Below, piece by piece: positions 50,224-61,582 of a DNA stretch of 64,000 nucleotides. Under the pieces are notes generated by a model. That model was given only the letters and a program-made list of their open reading frames with translations. It had not been told where the DNA came from and did not search any database. The DNA is from Squalus acanthias (lineage: Eukaryota). Positions within the stretch are counted from its first letter, which is position 1, and every line of letters begins with the position of its first letter. The stretch is from assembly GCA_030390025.1 (NCBI GenBank), contig CM059430.1:61442001-61506000 (forward strand), in the 5' to 3' direction. The position numbers were made by a program, and so were the translations under genes.

Positions 50224-51913
50224 CGTCCCCAACCCCACTGAAGATTTTCTCCACTGCACGGGATTAACCTGCTTCTCTCATTCTTCTGCGTTTTATCCGG
50301 AGAATTTCACCCTCAATTGGTATAAAAATGGCGTTGAAACTGCATTAGGAATAAATACCATGAAAGTGCAGAACACGGAGGGTCTGTATGAAGTTTTCAG
50401 CTCTTTGACTCAGACGCAGCCTGTCCCGTGTAGGGGTAGGTGTGGTAGGGTCAGCTTCACCTCTGACTCAGTGAGCGGTTCGAATCGCTCCCACACACCT
50501 GGTTCTAGACCTTGGACTTATTTGGGGGTTGTGATACAAAAGGTGCAGCAAACAACTGAGTTTGATGAAAGATCTTCGATCTTTATTCAAGAAAGTAAAA
50601 CACAACACAAACACTCTTAATACTCTAAAGGTGGGGAACACTTCGGTACACGCGAGGTAAATAACATTAGAAGAATACTTCACCCCTCCCAATCCCTCTT
50701 CACTAGCTAGGTTGGACTCTGGAGAACCAGGGATAATGCTCACCAAACGAATCCTTGACAGTTGAGAGTTAGGGTTTAGAGTCTTCTGAGTAAATGGTTT
50801 CATAAGGCCCTTGTTGCCGCGAGGTGTCCGATGGTCACTGAGGCGGTTGCTCTGGTCTCTTCTTGCGTGTCGGCCTACTTCTGGAGCTGTTGGCTTTCTT
50901 TGTTGAACTGCTTTCTGTTCAAACTGTCTTCTTCCGAGCTGTGGAACTGCCTTCTTGCAGAACTGTGGAAACTGCCTTCTGCCTGCTTGTTGAACTTGAA
51001 CTGTTTTACTGGAGAACTGGAGAGCTTCCTTCTTACTGAACTGTCTTCTTTAACTGCCCAACTTGCTTCTCCTGAACTCTGTAATTCCAGCACTGACTTC
51101 TGCTGAAAAACAGGCTTTCAAATTGAACTCCAAAACTGCAGAACAGCCTTCTGTTGAACAGGGACTGTTGTTACTGCTTTCTCGTACTTGTAACTGTTGA
51201 AAAACTGCTGAACTGCTTAATGGGCCTTCAATTATACTAAATGGAAGTGACCTTATCAAATACAAATCAAATCCTGGTCATTGTAAGACCTCGTTAACAG
51301 TAATGACTTTGCTAGCGTGTTAACTGGTTTTGTAAATGTGTGAAGTGGTTTCAGGATAGGTCCATCCTGTCGATCTGTTGTTTAATCGGAGTTTGAATTG
51401 TTCTCATGTTTTGGGTTTCTTGACTGGGCCTGAGACTTCGATCGAATATTTGCTTTATGCATGTCTTTAATGGGTTCTGTAATCGGTTTGATGGGACCTG
51501 TTGTTTTGGGTGGGAATGTCTCCTCCTAGGGTCTATTGTCAAAATGTTAATGCTTGCTGGGGCTTGAGTAAGGTCATCCCGATTCCCCAGACAATGCAAT
51601 TTAACTGCAATACCAAAAACTGCTTTTGCAGAGGTCGTACCCAACTTCCTTCACAGCCTTTTCTCCCTTTACAGGCCCAGACATGCTTTTAAAATGCCAA
51701 AACTTGGTTTTTGGTCTTAAATTCCTTATGTTAGGCCCAAATGCATTTTTATCACTCTGAGGTAGTTCCAAAGTCCTTTTTCCTTAGGTTTTGGGGATCC
51801 GCAAATTTTGGAAACCTTACACCCGAGCGACGCCAATTATACCTGTTTGGTTTCTCATGTCTAGCTCGAGACACCAGCTGTTGTCACCCATACTGTTTCG
51901 AAATCTAACCAAG
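50224..51913 (+). pseudogene. IgSF receptor exon 3: disabled C1-set domain (50224-50428 + 51826-51913)
   Basis: Acceptor TTCCGCAG; ASPTPLKIFSTARD*PASLILL, frameshift, AFYPENFTLNWYKNG...NTEGLYEVFSSL...QPVP [LTR] SDANYTCLVSHV*LETPAV...NQ then G|GTATGA. C1 motifs FYP, WYKNG and YxCxVxH; 293 nt without the insertion, not a multiple of 3. Confidence 0.92.
50429..51821 (-). mobile_element. Solo LTR (1393 bp) with 4-bp TSD
   Basis: Starts TGTAGGGGT and ends ACCTTACA; CCCG at 50425-50428 and 51822-51825; minus-strand AATAAA at 50582-50587 and TATA-like at about 51232-51237; no coding remnants. Confidence 0.88.
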
Positions 51914-52666
51914 GTATGAGGCCAAAAGACCAAAAAGGACAACTAGCTACTGTTAAATTCGTAGAGAGATATATCGGACAGTTTGTACATATTAATAATC
52001 ATGAAGATAGTCCAAGGAAATCTCATGGGAAATATCAACGAAAGCATTAAATTCATGTTTTAATGTATAATATAGTTGAATCTGATGTGTTGTGAAACCG
52101 GGTTATATCTCAGTTATATTCTGTCAAAACATTTTTGATTTCAAATTCCTTTATTTGATAAATACAATTATAAACAGAAGTTTAACTTTTCTATCTGATT
52201 ATATTTCCGCATCTGCTTATTACTAATTTATTTCAATGATAAGATTGCTTTATTCTTTGTCATTGCCTGCTCTCCTTGCACCAAGACTGTTACCAGGAGC
52301 TGCAGTCAGGTACTCGGGCTTCTCCCAATGCAGTTCCGGATCCTGATCCCCCTATCGGCTAATTCTACTGTAGAGATATGAAATTAACCCCCTAGCCAGC
52401 TTTTACCCCTCATTTGTCCATGCCACAACGGGTTTAATTGGAATCTGTCTCATAAATCTCATTTAAACTGTGCCCGCAAACTGGCGGCAGTACAGCCGGT
52501 TCAATATTGTGAACAACTCTTTGCCCTGCAAGACAATAATCAATGAACCATCGCACGTTGACATCCTTTACTATTCAGTGACATTCTTACTGTAATAAAC
52601 ACAGTTCAGGTAATTGAAAGAGGATTTTTAACAGACTGCTGCAATCCGGATTTTCGTGCGGGCAAC

Positions 52667-55600
52667 ATAAGAACATAAGAACATAAGAAATAGGAGCAGG
52701 AGTAGGCCAATCGGCCCCTCGAGCCTGCTCCGCCATTCAATAAGATCATGGCTGATCTGATCCTAACCACCAATCTACTATCTATCACAGAACCATCTCC
52801 TGCATCTAACAGAATTGCACACACGAAATAGGAGCAGAATCAGGCTACACAGTCCCTGGGCCCGCTCCACTACCCACAGGGCCATGACCGATCCGAACCT
52901 AGACTCATGTCCAAATTCCTGCCCGCTCCCCGTAACCCTTAATGCCCTTTACTTCTAGGAAACTGTCTATTTCTGTTTTAAATTTAATTAATGTTGTAGC
53001 TTCTACAGCTTTTTGTGGCAGCATATTCCATGGACCTACCACCCTCTGAGTGAAGTAGTTCCTCCTCATCTCAGTTTTGAAAGAGCAGCCCCTTATTCTA
53101 AGACTATGTCCCCTAGTTCTCGTCTCACCCGTCATCGGGAACATCCTCCCCGCATCCACCCGATCCAACCCCTTCACAATCTTATATGTTTCAATAAGAT
53201 CGCCTCTCATTCTTCTGAACTCCAATGAGTAGAGTCCCAATCTACCCAACCTCTCCTCATATGACCACCCCCTCATCCCCGGGATTAACCGAGTGAACCT
53301 TTTTTGCACTGCCTCGAGAGCAAGGATGTCTTTCCTTAAGTAAGGACACCAAAACTGTATGCAGTATTCCAGGTGCGGTCTCACCAATACCTTGTACAAC
53401 TGAAGCAATACCTCCCTATTTTTATATTCTATCCCCCTAGCAATGAAAGCCAACATTCCATTTGCCTTCTTAATCACTTGCTGCACCTGCATACTAACCT
53501 TTTGAGTTTCGTGCACCAGGACCCCCAGATCCCTTTGCACTTCAGTACTCTCCAGTTTCTTGCCATTAAGATAATAAATTGCTCTAGGATTTTTCCTGCC
53601 AAAGTGCATCACCTCACACTTTCCAGTGTTGTATTCCATCTGCCAAATCTCTGCCCACTTACTTAGCCTGTCTATGTCCCCTTGCAGGTTTTTTATGTCC
53701 TCCTCACTCACTACTTTCCCTCCCATCTTTGTATCATCTGCAAATTTTGATATGTTACACTTGGTCCCTTCCTCCAAATCGTTAATATAGATTGTGAAGA
53801 GTTGGGGACCCAGCACTGACCCCTGTGGAACACCACTAGTTACTGATTGCCAGTCTGAGAATGAACCATTTATCCCAACTCTTTGCTTTCTGTTAGATAG
53901 CCAATCCTCTATCCATGCCAGAATATTACCCCCAATCCCGTGATTTTTTACCTTAAGCAATAATCTTTTGTGTGGCACCTTGTCAAATGCCTTTTGGAAG
54001 TCTAAATACACTACGTCCACTGGTTCCCCTTTATCCACTCTATATGTTACTTCCTCAAAGAACTCCAGCAAATTTGTCAAACATGACTTCCCCTTCGTAA
54101 AACCATGCTGACTTTGTCCTATTAAATTATGATTATCCAAATGTCCTGTTACTGTTTCCTTAATAATGGACTCCAAAATTTTACCTACCACAGATGTTAG
54201 GCTAACCGGTCTATAGTTACCAGCCTTCTGTCTACTGCCCTTTTTAAATAAGGGTGTTACATTAGCAGTTTTCCAGTCTGCCGGGACCTTAGCGGAATCC
54301 AGGGAGTTTTGAAAAATTATTACCAATGCATCTACAATCCCTACCGCCACTTCCTTCAAGACTCTAGGATGTAAGCCATCAGGTCCAGGTGATTTATCCG
54401 CCTTGAGTCCCATTATTTTACCGAGTACCACTTCCTTAGTGATTTTGATCGTGTTTAGCTCCTCTCCCCCTATAGCCCCCTGTTTGTCCAGTGTTGGGAT
54501 ATTCTTAGTGTCCTCTACTGTAAAGACTGATACAAAATATTCATTCAGTGTTTTTGCCATCTCCATATTTCCCACCATTAATTTCCCGGTCTCATCCTCT
54601 AAGGGACCAACATTTACTTTAGCCACCCTTTTTCTTTTTATATAACTATAAAAACTCTTACTATCTGTTTTTATATTTTTTGCTAATTTACTTTCATAAT
54701 CTATCTTCCCTTTCTTAATCAATCTTTTTGTTATTTTTTGCTGCCTTTTAAAGTTTTCCCAATCCTCTGTCCTCCCACTAGATTTCGCTACCTTATATGC
54801 CCTTGTTTTTAGTCGAATACTATCCTTAATTTCTTTACTTAGCCACGGATGACTGTCCTTTCTTTTACACCCTTTTCTTTTCAGTGGAATATATTTTTTT
54901 GGAAGTTGTAAAATAACTCCTTGAATGTACACCACTGATCATGTGTCGTCTTACCCTTTAATCTATTTTCCCAATCCACTCTACTCAATTCCGCTCGCAT
55001 ACCTTCATAGTCTCCTTTATTCAAGCTTAGCACGCTTGTTTGAGATCCAACCTTCTCACCCTCTAATTGAATATGGAATTCAACCATGTTATGGTCACTC
55101 ATTCCAAGGGGATCCTTTACTAGGACATTTTTAATTAATCCTGTCTCGTTACACAGGACCAGATCTAAGGTTGCTTGCCCCCTGGTCGGTTCAGTTACAT
55201 ACTGCTCAAGAAACCCATCCCTAATACACTCAATGAACTCATCCTCAAGGCAGCCCTGCCCCATTTGATTTGTCCAATTAATATGATAGTTAAAATCCCC
55301 CATAATTATAGATGTTCCCTTATTACATGCCTCAACTATTTCCTGATTGATACTCCGTCCAATAGAGTTGCAACTGTTCGGAGGCCTATAGACTACGCCC
55401 ACTAATGTTTTTTTCCCCTTATTATTCCTTATCTCCACCCAAACTGTTTCATTATCATGATTTTTTGACCCAATATCATTACTCTGTATTACAGTGATTC
55501 CTTCCTTTATTAACATAGCCACCCCACCTCCCCTTCCTTCCTGCCTGTCCTTCCTGATCGTTAAATAACCTGGTATGTTTAATTCCCAGGCATTGTCCCA
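52667..55600 (-). mobile_element. Young 5'-truncated CR1 LINE in intron 3, ORF2 nearly intact
   Basis: 676-aa open RT ORF 52905-54935 and 213-aa APE ORF 54881-55522 joined by one frameshift at a homopolymer; (AACATAAG)n tail; GGCAAC at 52661-52666 and 55601-55606. Confidence 0.95.
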
Positions 55601-55986
55601 GGCAACGAAGAAACGCTTGTGACAAAATTGCCTCCACTTTCCTCAAACTATATGTTAAGAAATAAGAAAGGTCAAGAACAAGAACAAGTCTTTTGGTCAT
55701 GGGAAATTGAAGTCTCTCGTGTTCTAACTCTCCTAAAACAGTGCTGTGAGATCCCTAAACCGGTAGTGCGATACGCAGATAGATCCAGAATGTCAGATCC
55801 ATTCGACGAAGAAGTTACTTCAAAGATGCTATCTAAATGAAATAACATTTTGCATTTAATCTTTCTTATTGCCGTTCTATACCGCGGAGTTACTGAAAGA
55901 AACATCATCGTTTAACCAATAAACTATCTTGAGGCCTATTTTTAACCAACACCCGCCATAACTTAATGTTCCTATTAATCTTACAG

Positions 55987-56100
55987 ATAGCGTCGATAAG
56001 TCACTTTACTTCTGGGCTTCTGGGTGTGCGGTGGGTGGATTGGCGTTTCTGGTGCTAATGATCTTCATTGGGACGCGGTGCCGACTGCTGAAGAATGAAG
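55987..56100 (+). CDS. IgSF receptor exon 4: transmembrane (uncharged)
   Basis: Acceptor TAATCTTACAG, donor G|GTAAGA; phase 1-1; DSVDKSLYFWASGCAVGGLAFLVLMIFIGTRCRLLKNE. Confidence 0.9.
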
Positions 56101-56447
56101 GTAAGATCAACTGTAAGCCCTTTATTTTATTACAAAACCTCCCGTTTAGTGACAGACTCCGGGTAACATTGGGGAAGGGGAACTCGATTAGGACTTAAAG
56201 TTGAAAACCGTGTTATCTGTTTCAGGAAGCGCCGATTGTTCCAAATGCATTTTAAAATGCAGAAATGCTCACAGAATCGTAATAAAAATTTAAATAAATA
56301 TCTGTATATTTGCAAGAAAAATGCCCCCTTTGCAGCATAATAAATGACATGTACCCTGAAACACAATCACTTTCCAACCCATTCTGTTGTGGATGCGCAG
56401 CGAGTTTGAGTGAAAGAGTGCGAGGCACCGGCCGTTGACTGTTTGCA

Positions 56448-56595
56448 AACATAAGAACATAATAAACAGGAGCAGGAGTAGGCCATACTGCCCTCGAGCC
56501 TGCTCCGCCATGCAATAAGACCTTGGCTGATCTTCTACGTCAACGCCACTTTCCCGCCCTATCCCCATATCCCTTGATGCCCTTAGTGTCAAAAA
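56448..56595 (-). mobile_element. CR1 3' tail fragment in intron 4
   Basis: AACATAAGAACATAA...AGGAGCAGGAGTAGGCC...GAGCCTGCTCCGCC. Confidence 0.75.
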
Positions 56596-56802
56596 AGATA
56601 CCTTAGTTTCCGACAAATATCCAACAAATCCACCATTGTTGATCGCTACAAGGGCTGGAATTTCAAACACTGTCGCCACAATCCGGAATTGAAAACCATG
56701 TTCGGCTTTGTTCTGACTCTAGAAATGTCTTTGCAATCACTGACATGGAAACTGAGTAAATGTTGCAATCTTTCAATATCATTAAATTTCATTCATTTAC
56801 AG

Positions 56803-56846
56803 GTAAAGAAGAATGTGTAACGGGACCGAACCGCCGTGAAGGGCTG
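56803..56846 (+). CDS. IgSF receptor exon 5: first cytoplasmic exon
   Basis: Acceptor TTCATTTACAG, donor GTAGGT; 44 nt, phase 1 to 0, GKEECVTGPNRREGL; homologous piece in the pseudogene at about 35060-35095. Confidence 0.8.
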
Positions 56847-57391
56847 GTAGGTTCATTCATTCCTCCCTGCAGACGGTTGAAATGGCAAGAAAGATTGCTA
56901 TAATGGAAAGATTATATCATAGTCATGTCAGGACAATTTAAGTCTATTTACTGAAATTATGTATCCGGTCTTAGTGAGTGATTCAAATCGTGGTTAGAAA
57001 TGTACTTGGCACCCGGTGCGTTGCTGGTAAAAATTGTTAAATGGCAAACAAGAAAACTGCTTCTTTCGTTGAAAATGCACCTAGGTAATAACTGTCTATA
57101 GATTCATCTATTCTTTGGATTTGAAAAAAAAACTTTACGTTCTAAAGCTACCGCTCATTTAAACATGTCTGTAACACTGTGTTGTAGTGTGAACAATGAC
57201 ATGTTTAAATATTAGTTATAGTGATCACAGTTCCTTAATATACGCACCTATGTAAATATATCTGAATTAGGGTTTGTGCACTTGATGTCTAGCCCAGTTT
57301 TATCTGTTCAATGTTTGATCAGCGGCATGTAAACTGGTGAAGGCAATGAACTAGCCACATAACCAAACGATTTTCTTTCTGACCCATGCAG

Positions 57392-57493
57392 GGAGCAGCG
57401 GCTGAGACCGTGCATTATGCTGCATTAGATTTGAGCAGAGTCAGGAAAACTCCAAGATCTAAACGTGAAGAGCAGAGAACCGTGTCCGCTCAG
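57392..57493 (+). CDS. IgSF receptor exon 6: cytoplasmic, ITIM (VHYAAL)
   Basis: Acceptor TTTCTGACCCATGCAG, donor CAG|GTAGGT; phase 0-0; GAAAETVHYAALDLSRVRKTPRSKREEQRTVSAQ. Confidence 0.88.
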
Positions 57494-57700
57494 GTAGGTC
57501 TGAGGAAGAGATCAGAGAAACGTAGATCACCGGTGTTACATCAACATTCATGCGATAGCGGGGGGCATATGTTTGTGCTGACTTTGACCGTGTGTTGTAT
57601 CTAAGGCTATTTTTGTGTCCTTCTGATGACTGCTTTGAGCAGCAGTCCACAAAACCTACGAAAAGACCAATTAGCAAATTTCCAAACATTGGCTTCACAG

Positions 57701-57871
57701 ACCGAACAAGGGACAGCCGGTGACAAGATGACGTACGCGACTCTAGCATTGACTGGCTCAGAGAAAACGGGGAAATGCAAAAATAACGAAAGGCAAGAAT
57801 ATGGCCAGCTGCGGACAAAAAAACAAAGAGGAGTAACAGAGGCTGTCTACACAGAAGTAAGAACGAATTAG
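57701..57871 (+). CDS. IgSF receptor exon 7: terminal cytoplasmic exon with three tyrosine motifs
   Basis: Acceptor GGCTTCACAG; TEQGTAGDKMTYATLALTGSEKTGKCKNNERQEYGQLRTKKQRGVTEAVYTEVRTN*; homologous to ORF 34087-34320(-). Confidence 0.88.
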   Translation, partial: TEQGTAGDKMTYATLALTGSEKTGKCKNNERQEYGQLRTKKQRGVTEAVYTEVRTN

Positions 57872-58164
57872 CAATAGAAATTCAGATGAGGAATTCACAT
57901 TTTTGATGTGTACTGATCGCATTTCGCTGCCATATCACGCGTATGTATACCGTGCGATACCATCTCTCCGAGAGGTAACACATTCCATTGATATATCAGA
58001 AAATACAGTCTATAGTTATTACTTACTGTTTTCTTAAAAGTAACTTTCCTGACATACTTTGATGTTAAATCGGTATTAGTTAACTGATGACAAATCTATG
58101 CTCATTCGATTAGAATGATACGCTAATATCCTTGCTGTACCTAATTATCATTATACATTAATTC

Positions 58165-58170
58165 AATAAA
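58165..58170 (+). terminator. Candidate polyadenylation signal of the receptor gene
   Basis: AATAAA about 295 nt after the stop codon, with a GT-rich tract at about 58240-58260. Confidence 0.5.
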
Positions 58171-59109
58171 AATAGATTATATACGATCTCTTACAAGTCA
58201 ACGATTAGTGCTCATTTTTTGCGAGTAAAACTGCAAAACCTGTGTGTTGGTTTATGTGTGGCGTCACTGCACTCTGACTTCCAGTCCAGGTGAAGTTCCT
58301 GATGTGAAACGGGTGAAGCTCCAATCTATCAATTCGTCCATCAAGCTACTGAAAGTGGCGACCAGTTGCTTTATATCTTCCGAACATCTATCTACCCATG
58401 TGGCCAAGTAGAATCATAGAATCTTACAGCACAGAAGGAGACCATGCTGCCCATTGTGCCCGTGCTGGCACTTTGAAAGATCTATCCAATTCGTCCAACT
58501 CTCGCGCTCTTTCCCTAAAGCCCTGCAATTTTCTTCTTTTCACGTCTATATCTACTTGCGTTTTGAAATTTCCCATGTATTCTGTTTCCAAGACTCATTA
58601 TCTTCTGGTGTCACTATCGCTACCGATGGGAATGTGTAAACGCTTCGCCTTAAGGCGTTTGTCCCTCTTTTATTCATTCAATTTTCATATATTAATCTAA
58701 ATGTATTACTAAGTACATTTTCTGCCTTTTTCTTTTATATATCCACGCACAAATTTCAGTCCAGTTAAATTGGTTAAATCTCTGAAACGAACTGCAATTT
58801 CTTCATGTCCTACAATATTGTAACATTGGTCACGTGGGCTCCCAAATTGTAGGTTCTGCATATTGTCTAAAATGTCAAGAGAGTTCGGCCAATAAAGCAC
58901 CTTTTATTCAATTTCTCCATAATTGTAACCATTTTGTGAGGAATGTTGCTCATTCAAGTTGTTCCTATCACACTGTTTGACAACACAGAACTGGAGTTTG
59001 GAGGTGATGAAGGAGCAGATTTGCAAAGAATTTCTGATGTGTCGTCTAGCCGACCCGTTCCAATCACATCGGGACATTGAGCAGAGGCAATCAATCCTCA
59101 TTCGTGATG

Positions 59110-59459
59110 TCACAGGAGAGGCACTTCCAGATGGAATTCCTGCTCACAGACATCATGCAACCGGCAGATTAGTATGATAATAAAGGTGACTGGAAGACAG
59201 TAATAAGTGGAGAGATATTTTCCGTTACAACATTGAAGGAATATCAGGCAGTTCTGAAGCGTCGAGATGTTTGCATTCCCCTTAAATAATACACTATCTA
59301 TGATTATGCACAATAAGATTGAAAAGACAATGCGTAGACATATGCGCAGAAGCAAATATAACGACAAATATGCACGGCAAATGTATCGTGGCTGTGGATA
59401 CTTATTGACAAAGTATCCAACTTCGAATGCCAATGGGAGCACATCTTGTCTCTCTCCGT
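59110..59459 (-). pseudogene. Putative connecting-peptide/TM exon with intramembrane Arg residues (activating-type receptor)
   Basis: Acceptor TCTGCAAATCTACCTAG, phase-1 open frame DGERQDVLPLAF...YICRAYLSLYLLLRICLRIVFSILLCIIIDSVLFK. The 3' boundary is uncertain (ORF stop used). Confidence 0.5.
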
Positions 59460-59788
59460 CTAGGTAGATTTGCAGAATAGTATTTTTCTGGTGGCTTAAT
59501 GTAAAGGTAACCCTTGCTGCACGTAAATAGTTTCGGTTTATATTAAAATTAATACATAATCAAAGTAAAAATATGAATAGGAATGGATAATCAACTCAAC
59601 GGAATCAAACACGATGACGTTTTTCTTATTTGCCTGATCTCTATGTTACCCGGTAAACCCGTTTAACTTTCTCACCACCCCTCCCCCGATCAGAAATCAG
59701 TTTAATTCGCCGATTCTCTATTAATCAATTGCCGCACATTATCGGTACAGGTCTGAGTCAGAAAAATTAGGCTTTCAGTTATATTCAG

Positions 59789-61330
59789 AACATAGAAACA
59801 TACAAAAATTGGAGCAGGAGTAGGCTATTCGGGCCTTCGAGCCTGCTCCGCCATTCAATATGCTCATGGCTGATCCTCTATCTCAATCCCATATTCCCGC
59901 TCTCTCCCTATACCCCTTGACGCCTTTTGTGTCTAGAAATCTATCTATTTCCTTCTTAAATATATTCAGTGACTTGGCCTCCACAGCCTTCTGTGGTAGA
60001 GAATTCCACAGTTGCACCACCCTCTGAGTGAAGAAATTTCTCCTCACCCCGTATCCTGAGACTGTGACCCCTCGTTCTCGACACCTCAGCCAGGGGAAAC
60101 ATCCTCCCTGCATCCAGTCTGTCTAGCCCTGTCAGAATTTTATACTTTTCAATGAGATCCCCTCTCATTCTCCTAAACTCAAGTGAATATAGGCCTAGTC
60201 GACCCAATCTGTCCTCATACGACAGTCCTGTCATCACAGGAATCAGTCTGGTGAACCTTCGCTGCACTCCCTCTGTGGCAAGTATATCCTTTTTTAGGTA
60301 AGGAGACCAAAACTGCACACAGTACTCCAGGTGTGGTGTCACCAAGTCCCTGTATAACTGTAGTAAGACATCCTTGCTCCTGTACTCAAATCCTCTTGCA
60401 ATGAAGGCCAACATACCATTTACCTTCCTAACTGCTTGCTGGACCTGCATGCTTGCTTTCAGTGACTGGTGTACAAGGACACCCAGGTCCCTTTGTACAT
60501 CAACATTTCCCCATCTATCACCATTTAAAAAATACTCTGCCTTTCTATTTTTCCTACCAAAGTCAATAACTTCACATTTATCCACGATATACTGCATCTG
60601 CAATGTATTTGCCCACTCACTCAACTTCTCTAAATCGCCTTGAAGCCTCTTTGCATCCTTCACACAACTCACAGTCCCACCAAGTTTCGTGTCGTCAGCA
60701 AACTTGGAAATATTACATTTGGTTACTTCATCCAAATCATTGATATACACTGTGAATAGCCCGGGCCCAACACTGACCCCTGAAGTACTCCACTAGGTAC
60801 TGTCTGCCACCCTGGAAAAGACCCATTTATTCCTACTCTCTGTTTCCTGTCTGTTAACCAATTTTCAATCCATGCCAATATATTACCCCCAATCCCAGGT
60901 ATTTTAATTTTGCACATTAACCTCTTATGTGGGACTTTATCAAAGGCCTTCTGAAAATTCAAATACACCACATCCACTGGTTCTCCCTTATCTATTCTAC
61001 CAGTTACATCCTCAAAAACTCCAGTAGGTTTGTCAAACACGATTTCCCTTTCATAAATCCATGTTGACTTTGTCTAATCCCGTTGATATTTTCTAAGTGT
61101 CCTGTTATCACATCCTTTATAATAGTCTCTAGCATTTTCCCTTCTACTGATGTTAGACTAACTAGCCTGTAGTTCCCTGTTTTCTCTCTCTCTCCTTTTT
61201 TAAATAGTGTAGTTACATTTGCCACCCTCCAATCTGCCGGAACTGTTCCATAAGCTATCTAGAATTTTGGAAGATGACATCAAATGCATCCATTATTTCC
61301 ATGGCTACATCTTTTAGCACTCTGGGATGG
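59789..61330 (-). mobile_element. 5'-truncated CR1 LINE
   Basis: Minus-strand RT ORFs 59956-61225; AACATAGAAACATA tail at about 59789. Confidence 0.92.
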
Positions 61331-61582
61331 TGAACATTGTTGCTGCAGCTTGGAATCGCGACTTCTGATTCCACATAAGCAACCGACTTTCCCAATGCGA
61401 TTGATTTGCCACATTAATCAGTCGACGCGAAAACGGGATTGCAGCTAACTCTATGGGATGTATCTTTTTATATTGACAACACTCGATATAAGCACTGTTC
61501 ACATTAAAACCACTATCAATAAGACATGCTACTGCCTTACATGATGAAGACTGTATTTGCAGTCGCGGATCATGTGTTTTCA
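61331..61582 (-). pseudogene. Degenerate C1-like Ig constant-domain exon, cut by a CR1 insertion
   Basis: Acceptor TTGTGTTTCGCAG, phase 1: VKTHDPRLQIQSSSCKAVACLIDSGFNVNSAYIEC...LINVANQSHWES, then CLCGIR in a shifted frame; partial fit to the C1 pattern P..xCLxxGF..W.S..C. Confidence 0.45.

Noticed and set aside
50880-51215. CRISPR-like or coding repeat array
   Set aside because: Degenerate short tandem units without unique spacers, inside an LTR in vertebrate DNA.
52905-54935. Longest ORF (676 aa) as a host gene or novel reverse-transcriptase system
   Set aside because: Ordinary CR1 ORF2 with a CR1 tail, 5'-truncated and lacking ORF1.
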